DNA of 64,000 nt from Phoronis australis (GCA_002633005.1 NMRA01000410.1:337977-401976), one strand, 5' to 3'. Shown: positions 48,201 through 62,292, counted from the stretch's first letter. The notes: generated from the letters alone by a model not told the origin. Program-made: numbers and translations.

Positions 48201-48381
48201 TAAGTAGTTGAATTTAGTAAGTGGTGCTCTGGCAAATACATTTATTTTGTCATCTCTATTACCATGTTGTCTTTGATGAAATATCCCAATAACACAATGA
48301 TATCTCTGTCTATGAGACTGAACATTTTAGTACCGTCCACACAACAGCTAGTGCAACTTACCCCAATTTTAAGTGGAATGT

Positions 48382-48382
<1 letters not shown>

Positions 48383-48448
<66 letters not shown>
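48383..48448. repeat. (CA)n microsatellite, ~33 units
   Basis: Direct observation. Confidence 0.99.
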
Positions 48449-48452
<4 letters not shown>

Positions 48453-50202
48453 AACACATATATCAACCAATAAATAGGGTAAGACGTAAGTTGTCACTCT
48501 GTGCATGACAATGAACAGCAGATAGGAGTATGGGACACAAAAGGAAACTCTTCTGTACGTAATCGGTAATCGCACATGATAATGCTTCCCCTTTGCCCTA
48601 GATTTGCTATCACTCAAGAATTTAGAAGTGGTACAAGGTACCCTACAGCAAGTTACCCTACCTCGAAGAGTAAATTGTCAGTAGTTGGGTAAGCTGCACT
48701 AGTTTGAATAGCATCCACGCAACTGTAAAACATAGTTACAACCAGGAAGAGATCTCTTCCTGCTACAACGCATTCCAGTAGTTACGTTCTAGAGTAAGGT
48801 TGTATGTGGATGGCATTTATGATTTAATTTAGTTACATTTATAATTTAGCATCATACAAGTGATTAAATGAACTTAGAGGAAACCAGTTGTATAATGAAA
48901 TTCAATTTTCACCTACACATTGTTTGTCATTAAATCGATCAGGTACACTGTATTTGTTAGTAGGTGTCATGTAGAGGTACGGTGTTTTGNTCGAATAAAA
49001 GTGTTTGCGTAAAGATCCGTTTCATGAAGTTTTTAACAAAAATGAAGCGGAAATAGTGCCTTTAAAGGGTCCACGTGACTAACTGCACGCGTGTTTTGTA
49101 CATGTAGGACCGTTGTCTTACTATCGCCACTGAGTAGCCCATTGTGCGCTCCAGTTATACCTTTTGGTGATTATCATTGTCAGATTTGCATTATTTTGTG
49201 AGATGTCCTTAGTTTGAAAAAATGTGTCCCATATCGCTTACTTAAGCTTGAATTCGGGCACTGTACTATACTTTTAAAAAGTCTAAACAAGTGGATTTGA
49301 ACTGCACACATATTCTTGAGCAAATTTGTTTAATCAAAGAGGCAACAAGTAGAGAATTCAAAGCTCGAATTATCAACTTAAGGAAGCAGTTTCTGGCAAA
49401 TAATAATGATGTCAATTGCCCCTCTTTTTGCACGTATTAAAATTATCCTTTCATATTTAATCTCCTTTTATATTAATAATTGTAGACCCTGATGGTAACA
49501 AAGAATGTTGATCATTTCTTTTCTTCGATATTTCTTGTTTCGATATTTACGGACCCTCTTTGAAAAACATTGTTTTGATGTGGAGCCCTTTTTGTTTTTG
49601 TTTTTTTGTGCCAGCGAGTTTCCCTTCCTAATTACACTGCATGACACTACTTACCAGTGGTATTCATCAATTGACTGGGAAGGAAGATTCACCGTCTCTA
49701 GCTTGCCTTGCAGTGTAATCCAGATTGAAGTTTACGATTTCAAATTGGTTGACTTACATGTACACACTTACACTGTTATTGACTTTAATTAATACTATGT
49801 GTAAATCATTTAACGCGTGATCAAATTTCTTTTGATAGAAATGCTGAAAATCTCAAAAATTCTGCTAAAAATTTTGAATTATCATTCCGTTTTCGTTTTG
49901 TGCAAATTTTGTTCATTTTTTCATGGAAATTCTAAAAAATAGGATATTTGACCACCTCTCGTGCCAAAGTGGTGCATTTTACAAACGATGCTTAACTGCG
50001 TTTAAGAGAACATTGCCTCCAATATAATATCTGGTTGTTTCATTTTTAGTTTACATGCCGTTTCTGAGACAGGCCTATGGTGTACCGAAGTTAGCAAAAA
50101 TTAGGCATTTTTTCTGAGGTATATACAGGTACATAAAGTTGAACGTGGGTTATGACTATAATTTGAGAACCTAACTCCTTGTACAATGTGTTACATTTAT
50201 AG

Positions 50203-50249
50203 GAGAAGACAACCAGCAGGACCCTGAAGGCGACAAATGGAAAGAAACG
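50203..50249 (+). CDS. Possible upstream exon of the KAP NTPase gene (xEDNQQDPEGDKWKET)
   Basis: atttatag / ACG|gtaaaa; phase-0 end is compatible with the exon at 52924. Confidence 0.4.
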
Positions 50250-52923
50250 GTAAAACTAACTGAAATATTATAATGTGATTAATGCAATATTAACTAGTGA
50301 TCGATTTAAAAAGTAAAAGATAGAAATTTAGAACTTAAGTTCATCTTAACCTAATTTTCCAGACATGAAAAACGATCCCGAAATCGCCCCCAAGAGAGGG
50401 GGTCCTCTGAGTCGTCCTGAAACAAGTTACTAATTATTGCAATGCCATTATCATGGAGTTACTGTGTTGGCTACGAGGTTATAGTGAATTATGATAACTA
50501 GTGTAACCAAATAGAGTGCTCAGCCGAATTAACCTTCATTGGCGGAATGGACATATAGATTTCTCAAATTGCTCGCACAGGATTTCAGTATACACCTCAA
50601 CAGAACAAATAATCAGGCTGAATGTAATGGTAAATAGTTAAATCTACTTGAAAGAACGCAAAAATAGTAATCTTTGCTTTTTATCTTTCGGACAATCTGG
50701 GTAAATCGCAGTTCAAAAGAAACCTCCATAGGTGTCAAATAGCAGCTTTTAACCCAAGTATCTAAGCAAAACCACTAACGTTTATGTGCTAGAACATAAG
50801 TTCGGTCAGCGTCGTCCCAAAACATTACAAGAGAGGTATTGTTGGAAATTCTAAACGTGTCGTAGAACAATCTTCCGATCAACAAGGCGGGTATAAACCT
50901 TTGTTCCGTCCAATAAGCGACGTTTTCACAATTATAAATTGGTCTCAATTTGTTCCTAACTTGGATGAAAAGTGATTTGTGACAAAAAAAATGCAGTTCG
51001 TCATCCTTTGAGACTATACTCGACGCCTAAAAATGACAAACCGCGACAAGCCAAATTGTAAAGCCAAGTCTGAAGAGTAATTAACTGTTAAACCTTCCAA
51101 AGCCCTGAAACTTAGGCGGCACACCATAGGGGGGCTGGCACTTTTTTCAGTGTTCGAGATTGCAGTTGCTTTTTTTCTGAAGTGGAGAATGAAATTCTCA
51201 TGTCTTATTGGCTACCTTGCCACTATTATGATGACGTCCTCGTCAATTCATGGTTGACTTGTCGTCTACAAACAGCGACAAAATGAGTAATTACTTTCGT
51301 CCAGTGGAAGAATGTTTGTATTTTCATGCTAATAAATACATCCAGAGCATGTATACAATATCCAAAAATTTTCTGCCACACAATTGAGCACATCGGGGCC
51401 GTTTACTTTTATTGAAAGTCGTAAGCCTAAATTGTAAGCAAGCGTTCTTTGGACTGAACAATCATACATCCATATTGACCGCTACTCTAGTGAAGGTGAA
51501 AAGTTTTTTTAATCCGTGTGTAAGAGTTTTTTAGCTACTAGTGATTCGATTTCGCCATCTGCGTGATCGCATGCTGCTACTTTACCATTGCGTCACAAGC
51601 ACGTCACCGAGGTTATCCAGCTTCTGATGTCACGTTTGCCTTTAAACAGGCGTGAAATATAAACCACTTGGTGAGTACAAAGTTCCATCATCGGGATCGT
51701 AGTTCGCTCTGTCGAGCTACTGCACAAAAGGTGTGTTTATAAACACCCTCGTTCTATGCCATTTTCGTCATTTTCAGTGCGACGTTATAATGAACATATA
51801 TAAAGTAACAATGGCGAACCTTGTATCGAACGAGCTTCTTTTCAACATAGACCCATAAGACAGTAATACCAACTCACCCGCGTAACCCATGTATTCTATT
51901 GCTACAGCTTGCGACCTCGGGATTTCATGGGAGTTTGCACTATAATTTTTCAGTTCTCTGCTGGAGTGAGTTTTTATCTATGATCTGTGTTGATATATGA
52001 TTTATTTCATTGATTTTGATCTAGTGTTGTAGATACATGTATCAAATCACTTATTAAAAGAAATCTAGATGCAGCGGTAACAACCACGGCCACCCTCCCG
52101 AATCGCTTTTAACAGATGGTCCTTCGCTTGATAATGTTGGGGCCAATAGACCTCGAAATATTTCAAAAATATAGAGTCCGATTCCATAACAAAAAACACC
52201 CTAACGAGTGCAAACAATCCCACGCATGCGCAATGCAACCTCAGCCGCGCGTGACTGCAGTCATTCAAATCTAAGAGTTTATGTTTTAAAAGACTAAGAT
52301 GTTGACTGCATAAACATTTGAAAATTAGATGTCTATGGTTCACTGGTGTCACTTGCACGGACTTTCGCGTGCACGCTGACCCTGCTGACAAGCACATTTT
52401 CAAATACTCTACCTTGTGGGTAAAAACTCGTACCTTAATAAACGAAAGAACACATTTTCAACAAACGAACAGTATCCTCTATCAGTAAATTACTTACCGG
52501 ATGTTATTACATAATAAAATATTATTGACTTATACAATCGGTCAATATGTAGGTTTTTCAGACGCAAAAATGTGATAATGTCCTTGGGCTCTGCCTCTGT
52601 CGTGATTACATTGTTAAGGTCTGACGACCAACATACTGACCACGAAGAAATTCAATAGCTGTATAGCATTCAACTTGACAATCGCCTGAAGTCACGAACC
52701 ACAATAATGGACTGCGTGCAAGTTAAAATGGAAGTTGCAATCGTCTCATATTTCATCGTCCCACTTACGACATTTTATATAACAGAAGCCTTATTTTCGT
52801 CGACTGAAAAAAACTGCTGATAGAGCAAATGCACTAATCCCTGTTGGCGTAGATTTGCGTGTACATTTACCTCTGTTGACGGTGTTTTGAATAAATGGTT
52901 GATGATAACAAATTTGTTCTTAG

Positions 52924-53145
52924 ATCACAGATCCGAAGTGGAGTATAGCCAACGACGGACCATCAAACAAAGATGACAAACTTGGGTATGACACCTACGC
53001 CGAAGCATTTGCAGAGATGGTACTGGACGAGCGTGTTTCAAATGGCGCTACGGTCGGGATCTACGGAAGTTGGGGCGCAGGAAAGACGTTCTTGCTGAAC
53101 CGCTTGAGTGCAAAATGCAAGGAAAAAGAGTTCAACGATAAAAAG
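52924..53145 (+). CDS. KAP-family P-loop NTPase N-terminal exon (NKPD1/Kidins220-like)
   Basis: tttgttcttag acceptor; ITDPKWSIANDGPSNKDDKLGYDTYAEAFAEMVLDERVSNGATVGIYGSWGAGKTFLLNRL = D.L....YA...A + VG.Y..WG.GK(S/T) KAP Walker A; donor AAG|gcaagt (GT alternatives ~53164/53173). Confidence 0.85.
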
Positions 53146-54215
53146 GCAAGTCGTATCTCCGTGGTGAGCTGGGTAAGGTCGCCAATTGTTTTAGTTTCCC
53201 AAACGCCCAATACGCCTGTAGGTGCCTCATTGCAGCTTTTTCCGTATGCCAGATTTGAGGAGAGCAGTGGTTACTTTCTCCCGATACCTTGTAAATTCCT
53301 TTAGCCTGATCTTTCTAAACTCTTTTACTCGTTAAGTGAATATGGCGAGTTTGAAAACCCACACCACACCGGTGGACGTACATGCAGTGTAGCCGCTACC
53401 CTCTGACACGACCCCATCTATACTGAAAAGCTTTTGTAGCACTGTGGAAGAGAGTATGTAGCCGCGCTTTCTGCTGCCAGCGTGGACTTCCTCTCTGCGT
53501 TCAATAGACTCGTGTTACAAATGAACTTTACATCGCTTCACAGACACGTTGTTCAGTCCTACCTACATTCGTGTTACCGCGTTGGGTGAAATTGTGCTAT
53601 ATTAAATGAAATTATCCACAATTCGTTCTTGAAAGATCAAAATTGATCACTTGTGCTAGGTTAAAATCCCGAGTCCTCCAACACTGTGTCCTCAACACAC
53701 GACTCCCAAACAATAACATAAAGCAGCAACCAATGTATTTGATTTTTCCTGAAGCAATCAGAGAACCTTTAGTAACCTGTCTGATGATGACTCGTGCTTC
53801 ACACAACTTGAAATTCAATAATTCGCCCTATATTTTATGTGCCCTCTACATTGTGTCATCTCTGGCTGAGCATCCAATGCTGTAATTAATAACATTCGGC
53901 AAATGCGTTCATATGAAACTGGCGACAGATGGCGACGAATGTCTGACCAGACTGCCGTTCTGCCCCCATAGTGTAGTGGCAATTTTTTTTCAAAGTGATA
54001 TATATTTATTCATGGATACACAGAACATACAAAGAAATAATAACAAACCCAGAAACCGCGAAGCATTATATCTGGGTTGTAAACAATCCATAAATGAAAC
54101 TAATATACATAGAGGTATGTACAATTAAGTAGTATCTAAAATAAGTATTCCAATACTTAGATAGGCTATTACAGATATATAAAAACAAAAATATGTACAG
54201 ATTCATGTGGGGAAA

Positions 54216-57200
54216 TCAGATGCAACAATATTGATAAACGGTACATAAAAATTTACTAACGTTGCTTAGGAGGAATTCGTTGAGAACGAGGTCAAGGTTA
54301 GGACTACCATTCAATAATAATGTAACTCTAGTAGGGATATTATTACAAGAATTGAGAGCGTTAACAATTGATTGATTTTCATTGAGTGCACGAAAGAGTG
54401 AGTCTCTCTGGTATTCGATGAGGGGACATTTGAAGAAAATATGAGGATACGATTGATGGACACCACATTTACAGTTTGGAGAGACATTAATAAAGTTGTG
54501 CCTGAACTTGTCAGAGTTGAGGAAAAGGCCACATCTTGATCTGTACAATGCTATTTCGTTATCGCGTGTAAGGGAGAATTGAGTCAAGGGTGTTGAGTTA
54601 TCAAAATTATGAAAAACAGTTCTAAAATTATTTTTTATACTCGTAAAAGAGTTGCTTTCCTTAACAGAGACTGGAAGAGAATTCCAGTTGTTGATGCACA
54701 TCATGACTGTAGACCTTCTGAATGCCTGACTGAACGACGGAGGAATTGCATATGGGGTGGAGAATCTCAAATCACTACGATGGCCTTGTCTAATATATAG
54801 ATCAAATATTTTTTTGACAGACACGTTGTTGACATTGTTTATTACCTTGAACGTAAATGTGGTCATGTGAAGATTGCGTCGAGTAGACAGTTTGGGCCAC
54901 TTGAGATTATTCAAAACCTTAACACTATTGGATCCCCTGTAAGCTCCAGTTATGAGTAAGGCGGCTTGATATTGTAACTTCTCCAAATGTTGGAGTGCAC
55001 CCGTATTGGCAGACTGATATATAATATCACAATAATCAATGTGTGGAAGTACAAAGGACTTGAACAAAACTTCTAAATGTGTAGAATTCAGATGACGAGA
55101 GACAAGCTTAAGTGGGTTAATTAGTTCCTGAGTTTTTTGTACGAGCTCCCGAACGTGAGGGGTGAATGAGAGTTTTTCATCTAACAGTATACCCAGATGT
55201 CTGTGCGACTGTTTTCTAGGAATGATTTCATCATTAAGTTTAAGGTCATAAGACGGGTCAACAAGGAAGAGAGCATTAATAGATTTGGAGAAGGTAAGGT
55301 CAACGCTTTTTTCTGGTTTAAAATTCATTCTCCATTCTTGTGACCAATAGCTTAGTTTATTTAAGTCGTGTTGAAGCTGCAAAGAACATTCAGGGCTGCT
55401 CCCTGCGAAGGGGTAAAAAAGCGCCGTGTCATCTGCATAAAGGTATGTGCTACATGACAGGTTATCAGGAAGGTCATTAATATAAACCAAGAAGAGAAGA
55501 GGGCCCAATACGCTACCCTGCGGTACACCTGCGTTTACAAATCCAGGATGGGATAAAATTGAAAGTACGCCATCGACACGAACACTGTATGTTCTTTCGG
55601 AGAGATATGAGGTGATCATGTTTAAAAGATTACCAGTAATGCCATAGGATCGAAGTTTGTGAAGTAGAAGGTCGTGAGGGACACAGTCGAAAGCAGAAGC
55701 TATATCTAGAAAAATGGACCTGACACTCTCTCCCTTCTCAAAATGTAAATGAATCTCATGTACTATTTCAACAAGTTGTGCCACGGTGCTGTTCCCACGC
55801 AAAAAACCAAATTGACGATGATAGATCAAGTTGTTTTGTTTGAGAAATGTAAGAATACTTTGAGCAATGATCTTCTCAAAGATTTTGGACAGGGTGTTAA
55901 GTAATGTTATTGGGCGATAATTTGAAATTTCAGTTTTGGAGCCTTTTTTGTGTATGGGGACCATAATTCCATGTTTCCAAGAAGACGGATAAATGCCTAG
56001 CTGAAGAAGTTTGTTAAACAGATTGGTCAGGGGCATGGTAATTTCGTTGGCAATCATTTTGATCATCTTGCTGGTTATTAAAGCTGTGCCATCATTCTTA
56101 TTGGGGTCAATTTCATTGAGATACTTCCGGACATCAGTTTGATTAGCCGGGATGTCAGACAGTTGATTGAGACAACGTTCACGAAGAAAGGGAAAGTTAC
56201 TTACTTCAGTTGGTGTAATGTGGCTTTTGTTCGTGAAAAATTTGAGAAACAAATCACACTTGTCACTACTACTTGAGGCTAGGTTACCATTATAGTTGAT
56301 GACAGGATAGGAGGATTGTTGTTGACTGCCGCGTATTTTATTGATGATGTTCCAGTATTCTTTGGAGTTCTTCCTTGCGCTGTTAATTTGTTGAAAAAGC
56401 TTGTGTCGGTGATCAGCTTTGGCTTGATTTTCTAAAGTTTCAACAAGACGTGACTGCTCCTTGTATCTGTTGTAGATTATAGTGTTGTTAGATCTTCTGA
56501 AAGAGCTGTAAAGTCTGTTTCTTGTGCGGATTGCCCGTTTAACATTATTGTTGAACCAAGGTTGGCTGTTGTGTTTAATTATCTTTTCAGTTGATGGGAT
56601 GTTGTTTTTTAAAATTTCATAGAGGGTAGTAGTGAAGAGTGAAACAGTGTCATCAATGTCGCCAGTGTTCAATATGGAATCCCAGTCTGAGTTGGTGATA
56701 TCCTGACGCAGTTTATCGGTGTCGACCTGATCATATTTCCAATTGGTTCAAGTGGTGTGTTGTTCCTTAACCGGTTTTTTAAGTGTTAGAGTGGTTTCGA
56801 TTGTGTGGTGATCAGAATTGCCAACAGGAGGTAGTACAGCACATGAGTCAATGATACTCAAATTGTTTGTTATACAGAGGTCAATACATGAATGAGAAAC
56901 GTCGGTGATACGGGTTGGATCATTAATTAGTTGTATGCAGTCATTAGACAATAAGATATCAAACAATTGTACACCGGCCGTATTGTCATGATCATCATTG
57001 TACGATGTAGAGTTTCGGGCATTGAAATCACCATTTATGATTATACTAACGCTATTGCGGTTAAGTTCCGCTAACTGATCGGCTAGGGCTTTGAAGTAGA
57101 GTTTTCTTTCAGTTGAAGATTGGGAAGGTGAGCGATAAAACAACCCATAGTAAATTTTTCTGTGATTGAAATAAATTTCGATCCAGCAGTTGCATAACTG

Positions 57201-57660
57201 AGGACAAGTTAAGCTAGGACATAATTTAAATGAGAGTGTGTTTTTAGTGAATAAGATGATGCCACGGCCACTGTTACTGTGATAAGCTACACTGTAACCA
57301 GGAATGATTAGTTCATTATCAAGGTCGTCTTTTGTAACATTACAAGTTTCACAAAGAGCGACAATCATATAATCGTAAGACAGAACAAAGTTTTTTAGAA
57401 GTTGGAATCTGGAGAAATTGTTGGATTTAATGCTGTTAATATTTGAAAATAAGATTTTAAAGGTAATATTATCTTCAGGCCCAGGATTTTCTTCAACATC
57501 GCCAGCTAAAAGGAGGCACATGCCAATGACGATTCCGTAATCCATACAGGTGTTATGTAAACAATAGTAAGACACATCAGTAAGCTGAACCCGCATAGCA
57601 TGATATCTCAATCGATGCCGGTGAGAAGAATTGAACTGTGACCATGCGGGGGAAAACATT
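54216..57660 (-). pseudogene. LINE ORF2: 2A-like peptide + APE endonuclease + RT + C-terminal CCHC; one in-frame TGA at 56748-56750
   Basis: NINSI, LCET, YRSPS, GDFN, IDLC, SDH (APE); NYRPITLL, FLDIASAFD, GVPQGSVLGPLLF, YADD, HLGI (RT); CKCG....HIFFKC. The two listed ORFs share a frame and are joined by T*TNWKYDQVD..DW. Confidence 0.93.
57477..57530 (-). other. 2A-like (StopGo) peptide ..GMCLLLAGDVEENPG/P
   Basis: Exact D(V/I)ExNPGP consensus immediately before the APE domain. Confidence 0.92.
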
Positions 57661-59540
57661 GTAAGACCAGAGAAACTCACACTACTCGAGGCACTCAAAG
57701 GATAGCCGTATTTAACAATTAATACACCAATGCTTGTTGAAAATTCAAGGGTTGTTAAATGAATAAGGTAGTCAGGACAATTAGGTGAGTCATTTTTAAA
57801 AATCAAAATTATATCATAGTCTCGCTTACAGGTACATAGATAGCAACTTAGTTGAAAAGCACAACATATAAATTCAATCTTGGGAAACCAGTTAGTTCTG
57901 TTGCAAGTGAATACAAAACACATAGATAATGATTGACCTAAAGATATGTACAGAGGAAATATGACCAAATAGTAATGGACAAAAGAAGGTGAAAAATAAG
58001 AGTTTGAACAAACAAATTCGCTGAATAAAACAAAAAAAAGATGTATTGAAGATCTCTCACTATGGATAACTTAGCTGTAACACGTTTTAGAATTGATAAA
58101 AGGCTATGAGTTCTTACCACTATAGGCCACCTAGTAATGACTGATCAGCTCATGTGTTCGGTGGTGTCTTCTGAATTGAAGTAAACTTTCTCACAGATTA
58201 AAACACCAGTTTTCACCGGGATTATTTCAACTTGAAACTCATTATAAACTAAATTATGGTGACAGACAGTGCTCAGCGTCATTTTTTTTTACGGGCAAGC
58301 TAAAACAAAAATAACCTGGGGAATCAATCTGAAACCCACAACAAAAATCACATGTACAGTGTAGTTGTAGATTCTGCACCTGACTGACAGAGAACAGAAC
58401 AAGTGCCAAGAAATTAAAATCAATATTATAGAGAGTGAGAGGTGTCAATAACATGACCGAACAGAGATGACACACAAAATCAGTGACGAGTAAATTTATC
58501 CTGACAGACAATTTGGTATGGAGTTGTCCACAAAACCAACGTTCAGAGAAACACAACAGTCAGAGAAAAAAAAATTATATAAGGGACAGCCACTAAGGAC
58601 TGAGCTCACATATAAGAATTATTGTCTTATGTGAATATCATGCAATGTACAATTCCGTCACATATTCAATTAAAATGTGGGAAACATGTTTTAACGACAA
58701 CCAAAAATACCACATTAATACATACTGTAGGCAGTTGCAAAGATACTATATTACATTTTTGGTAAGGGTGCAACTGGGGAACTGTAAGAAGCAACAAGCA
58801 ACAAAACCCATGCTCCAAACATGAATGATTTAGATGCAGATTAAGAATTCAATGCATTACCATTGCCTGTGGTCAGTATAAGGTGTTGTGATCGCTACGG
58901 ACCTGTATAGAGTGCACCACCACTGATAGAGAGGTAACTTGAGCGTGATCTGGTATTACATAAGGGAGAAAACTGAATAAGTATCAGTGGACAGGACAAT
59001 TACCTGATCCTGTCAGGACATGGGGGGTGGGGTGAGTGAACGCAAACAAAGTGAGGGATGTCACCAGTGAGTAATTGGATATGAACTACAATAAGACGAG
59101 AGAGCAGAATACGACTTAAACTTTGCAGTTTTCTAACACAAGGTCACTTTCTGATGAAACCTGCTTTATCTTGTTATCATGCAGCTGTATTGTTACGTTA
59201 CCGTCATGCGTCCACGTTTTAGCGATGGTGTAGTGGCAATTATAATTTATTTTGAGTTTGACTCTGTATCGTTGGAGTTCCTTGAAGATTTTTTATGAAA
59301 TGTGGTAAACATGCTATTTCTAAAGATACGGCTACACTTTCTTCGTTTTTTCTTACGGATTTGACGTATTCGCCGCCACCTAGAAACCATTTTTTAAAAA
59401 AAATTCCACTCCACTTTTGGCATCGGATTCCGCTTCTCTATCCATCAAGTCACTGAAAGGATCGTCAGCAGATGTGTTTCTGATGAGAAGACCGCGACAG
59501 ACTTTGATTTTTGGACGAGCACGACTACTCTGGCTCACCC

Positions 59541-59683
59541 CATGGGTGGCGGAGCCCTGAAAAATGTGGGGGCTAAAGCCCCCCAGCCCCCCTGTGGTGC
59601 AACGCCTATATACCATAGGCGGCGAAGCTTTAAAAAATTTGGAGGCTACATCCCCTGCAGACCTCTATGGTGCGCCGCCCATG
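59541..59683. mobile_element. Small GC-rich MITE (possibly a dimer)
   Basis: catgggtggcg ... cgccgcccatg inverted ends; internal cgcctata/cataggcg junction. Confidence 0.5.
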
Positions 59684-60482
59684 CTCCCTATTTGGCGATT
59701 TTGTTTTTTGGCGACTAAGATTGTACCTTACTGCAAAATGTTTTGAACAGCCAGTAGCGGACATCGTTGTTTCATGGGCTGCAGCGGTCCAAATGGGCAT
59801 GTGCACACCAGCAAATATAACAGTTCCAATCCATAAAAAGCAATGTATCTTTTTGCACTGCTTACGGCTGCAGCAACAATCAAATGAAAAATTGTGACGT
59901 ACGCTCCTTTCATTTCCCACTGATCAACATAGATGATCGAGATATACGATGGAAACAAAGGATTTTTTTACGTGAAGCTGTTGTTAGTCAACCAGTGACG
60001 TTGGCAGGGTGAATTGGATATCCTGTTTGTTGTTGGATAGTATGAACACTCCAAGAAGCATACTGTTTACGGCACTGTCGTAGTGGACGCATTTCTTTGC
60101 TTTTGTTTTCGAATCCTTTTGTCTGATGTACATGTATGCGCATATAAAACTCACCTATGAGGCAATAGTCGACAAAAGTTGGACACTACATAGCACCTTT
60201 ATGCATCCACACGATTTTCTTTTTCTGTCGCTAATTGTTAAAGCGGCTTGACATATTCTGATGGAACTTGTCAATAAGGTTGGGGTGCAGCAGCACCACT
60301 AGATTTTTGGACTAATTTATGTGCCGTTACATCCTGTTTTCAACGAAATATTCCTTGTCCAAAATTATTTCAAAACGGCTCAGCAGAGCTTAACGAACTA
60401 TGACTCAAAGATTTGTGGCAGAGATGCGTCGGCACTTGTCGATTTTCGTGCAATTTGACTGCAGTGTTCGAGGTGCACATTA

Positions 60483-61646
60483 ACAGCCGATTTCATAAAG
60501 GTGGTTTAAAGTTAAACCTGGTTTAAACTGGACTTAGACCAGGTTTAAAGATAATCTGCATTTCATAAAGGTGGTTTAACTTTTACACCGGTGGTCTAGT
60601 AAAATCTGGTTTAACTCCAGTTTAGACCTGGTCTAAGTCCGTTTTCATTTCACCAACGATGTCTATATTCTTTAGACCTGTATTAAGATCATAAACCATG
60701 TTTAACTTTAGACTTGGTCAGACCCAGGTTTAACTGTTAAATATGTCAGACTTCCATGGTATGGGTACAACTGAATGATGCTGCGGAGTACATTTGCGAC
60801 ACAGATTGAGAGCGAAAATAGACTTTTTTCAATATTCAGTTTTACTACGACACAAGATCAATCGTAGCAGAGGCGGATCTAGGATTTTTTAAAGGGGGGG
60901 TCAAGGACTTTTTGAAAAGGGAGACCAAGTCAATAATTTGAAAGTTATAGATTTGATATCACTAAAATCAAGGGAAAAGGGGGGGCTCTGGACACTATGA
61001 CCCCCTGGATCCGCCTATATGCGTAGACCAGTACATGCTGGAGTGTGTCCTGCGGATTCCTCAGAATACGATTGGTCGAGTAGGGCGTCATCGTCGTAAG
61101 CGCTACGGATTTGACTAAAGACAGCATATTCTCATTTTTCTGCGTTCCACCTCCACTGTTCTCTGATTTAATGTTGCCGGGAAGGGGTCTTGCCCCCCCC
61201 CCCTTTGGCCGCGAAAAATAAACACTAAAATGACACGGAAATAATTTTTTAGCATTTATCATGTTACATCTAATCATGAGCATGTTCTTTAATTTATGTG
61301 TGTTGGGCACAGAAATTAAATTTTTCCTCATGAGAAAAGCTTTTAGACCTTTTTCGTAACTGTCTGCACTGATTCTACTAGTGTATGCCATTGTATACCC
61401 AAGTGATCAAGGTTTCATTGAAGCACGTCACTAGTTTCTTTGTTGGGTTTACCCAGCTCGACACAGTGGGGTGCCTTTAGCCTTTAATACTTTAAACCTG
61501 GTTTTACTGAACCAGCTTCCTGGCCTAGCAAAACCAAGCTTTCAGACTCTTAAACCAACTTGGTGAAATGCAAGTCAGGTCTAAAATTAGACCAGGTTTA
61601 GGAAGACCAGGTTTAAGTCTTAAACCACCTTTGTGAAATCGGCTGT
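60483..61646. mobile_element. TIR element (Harbinger-like) with repeated subterminal aaaccaggtttaa-type motifs and a nested GC-rich MITE at ~60868-61016
   Basis: acagccgatttcataaaggtggtttaa ... ttaaaccacctttgtgaaatcggctgt; nested cagaggcggatctagg...cctggatccgcct. Confidence 0.8.
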
Positions 61647-62292
61647 TAGTTTCTGTCTTGATAGCTCTTCAGTGACATAATTTTAATAGTATGGCTTGGA
61701 AACATGCTTCACAATTTGCCATGGAAAGTACATTTGAAGGAACTATTCCAAACTATAAAACTCTAACCCTGGAATGCCAACTCCCGCACGTGACCTGTGT
61801 ATTCTATTATTAGAGGTTGCGACCCCGAGACTAGCCGCTAGAGTTTGCACTGAGAATTTCCGACTGCCTGCTTGACCGAGTTTTGATCGAGAGTTGCAGT
61901 TATCAAATCAAGTCTAATTTTATTGGTTCATTTTCATTTTGTTATTATTGTTCACCAAGTGAGACTCTTGACGTCCGGTTCCATATAATTCCTCGGCAAA
62001 AGGAGTCAACAAACCCCAAAATTACATTGATCATTCTTTATAAGCATAGGCCTATGGCCCTGGGTTGATGCCGAGACTATTTTGGCCTCTGACATCTTTC
62101 GGCTTCAGTCATAGAACCACTTTCGACAACCTAGTATACTACATGCTTGGAGTTTTTCAACAAGACATTTTGGATTTTAAAATCATGTTACAGTAATTTA
62201 CTAAAAAATTTACATTTGGTCTAAATGAAAAGTTAAGGCCCTAAAAACAGATGCGTTTAAGTAACTTTCGAAAAATTACTGATAATTGAATA

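Larger units (their letters stand above)
53985..59227 (-). mobile_element. CR1/L2-group non-LTR retrotransposon insertion, ~5.2 kb, 14-bp TSD GTGTAGTGGCAATT
   Basis: TSD at 53971-53984 and 59228-59241; AATAAA plus short A-tail at ~53983-54010 (minus); APE-RT ORF. Confidence 0.92.

Noticed and set aside
48242-48617. VCVCVC/THTHTH ORFs (also 62241-62538)
   Set aside because: Microsatellite translations.
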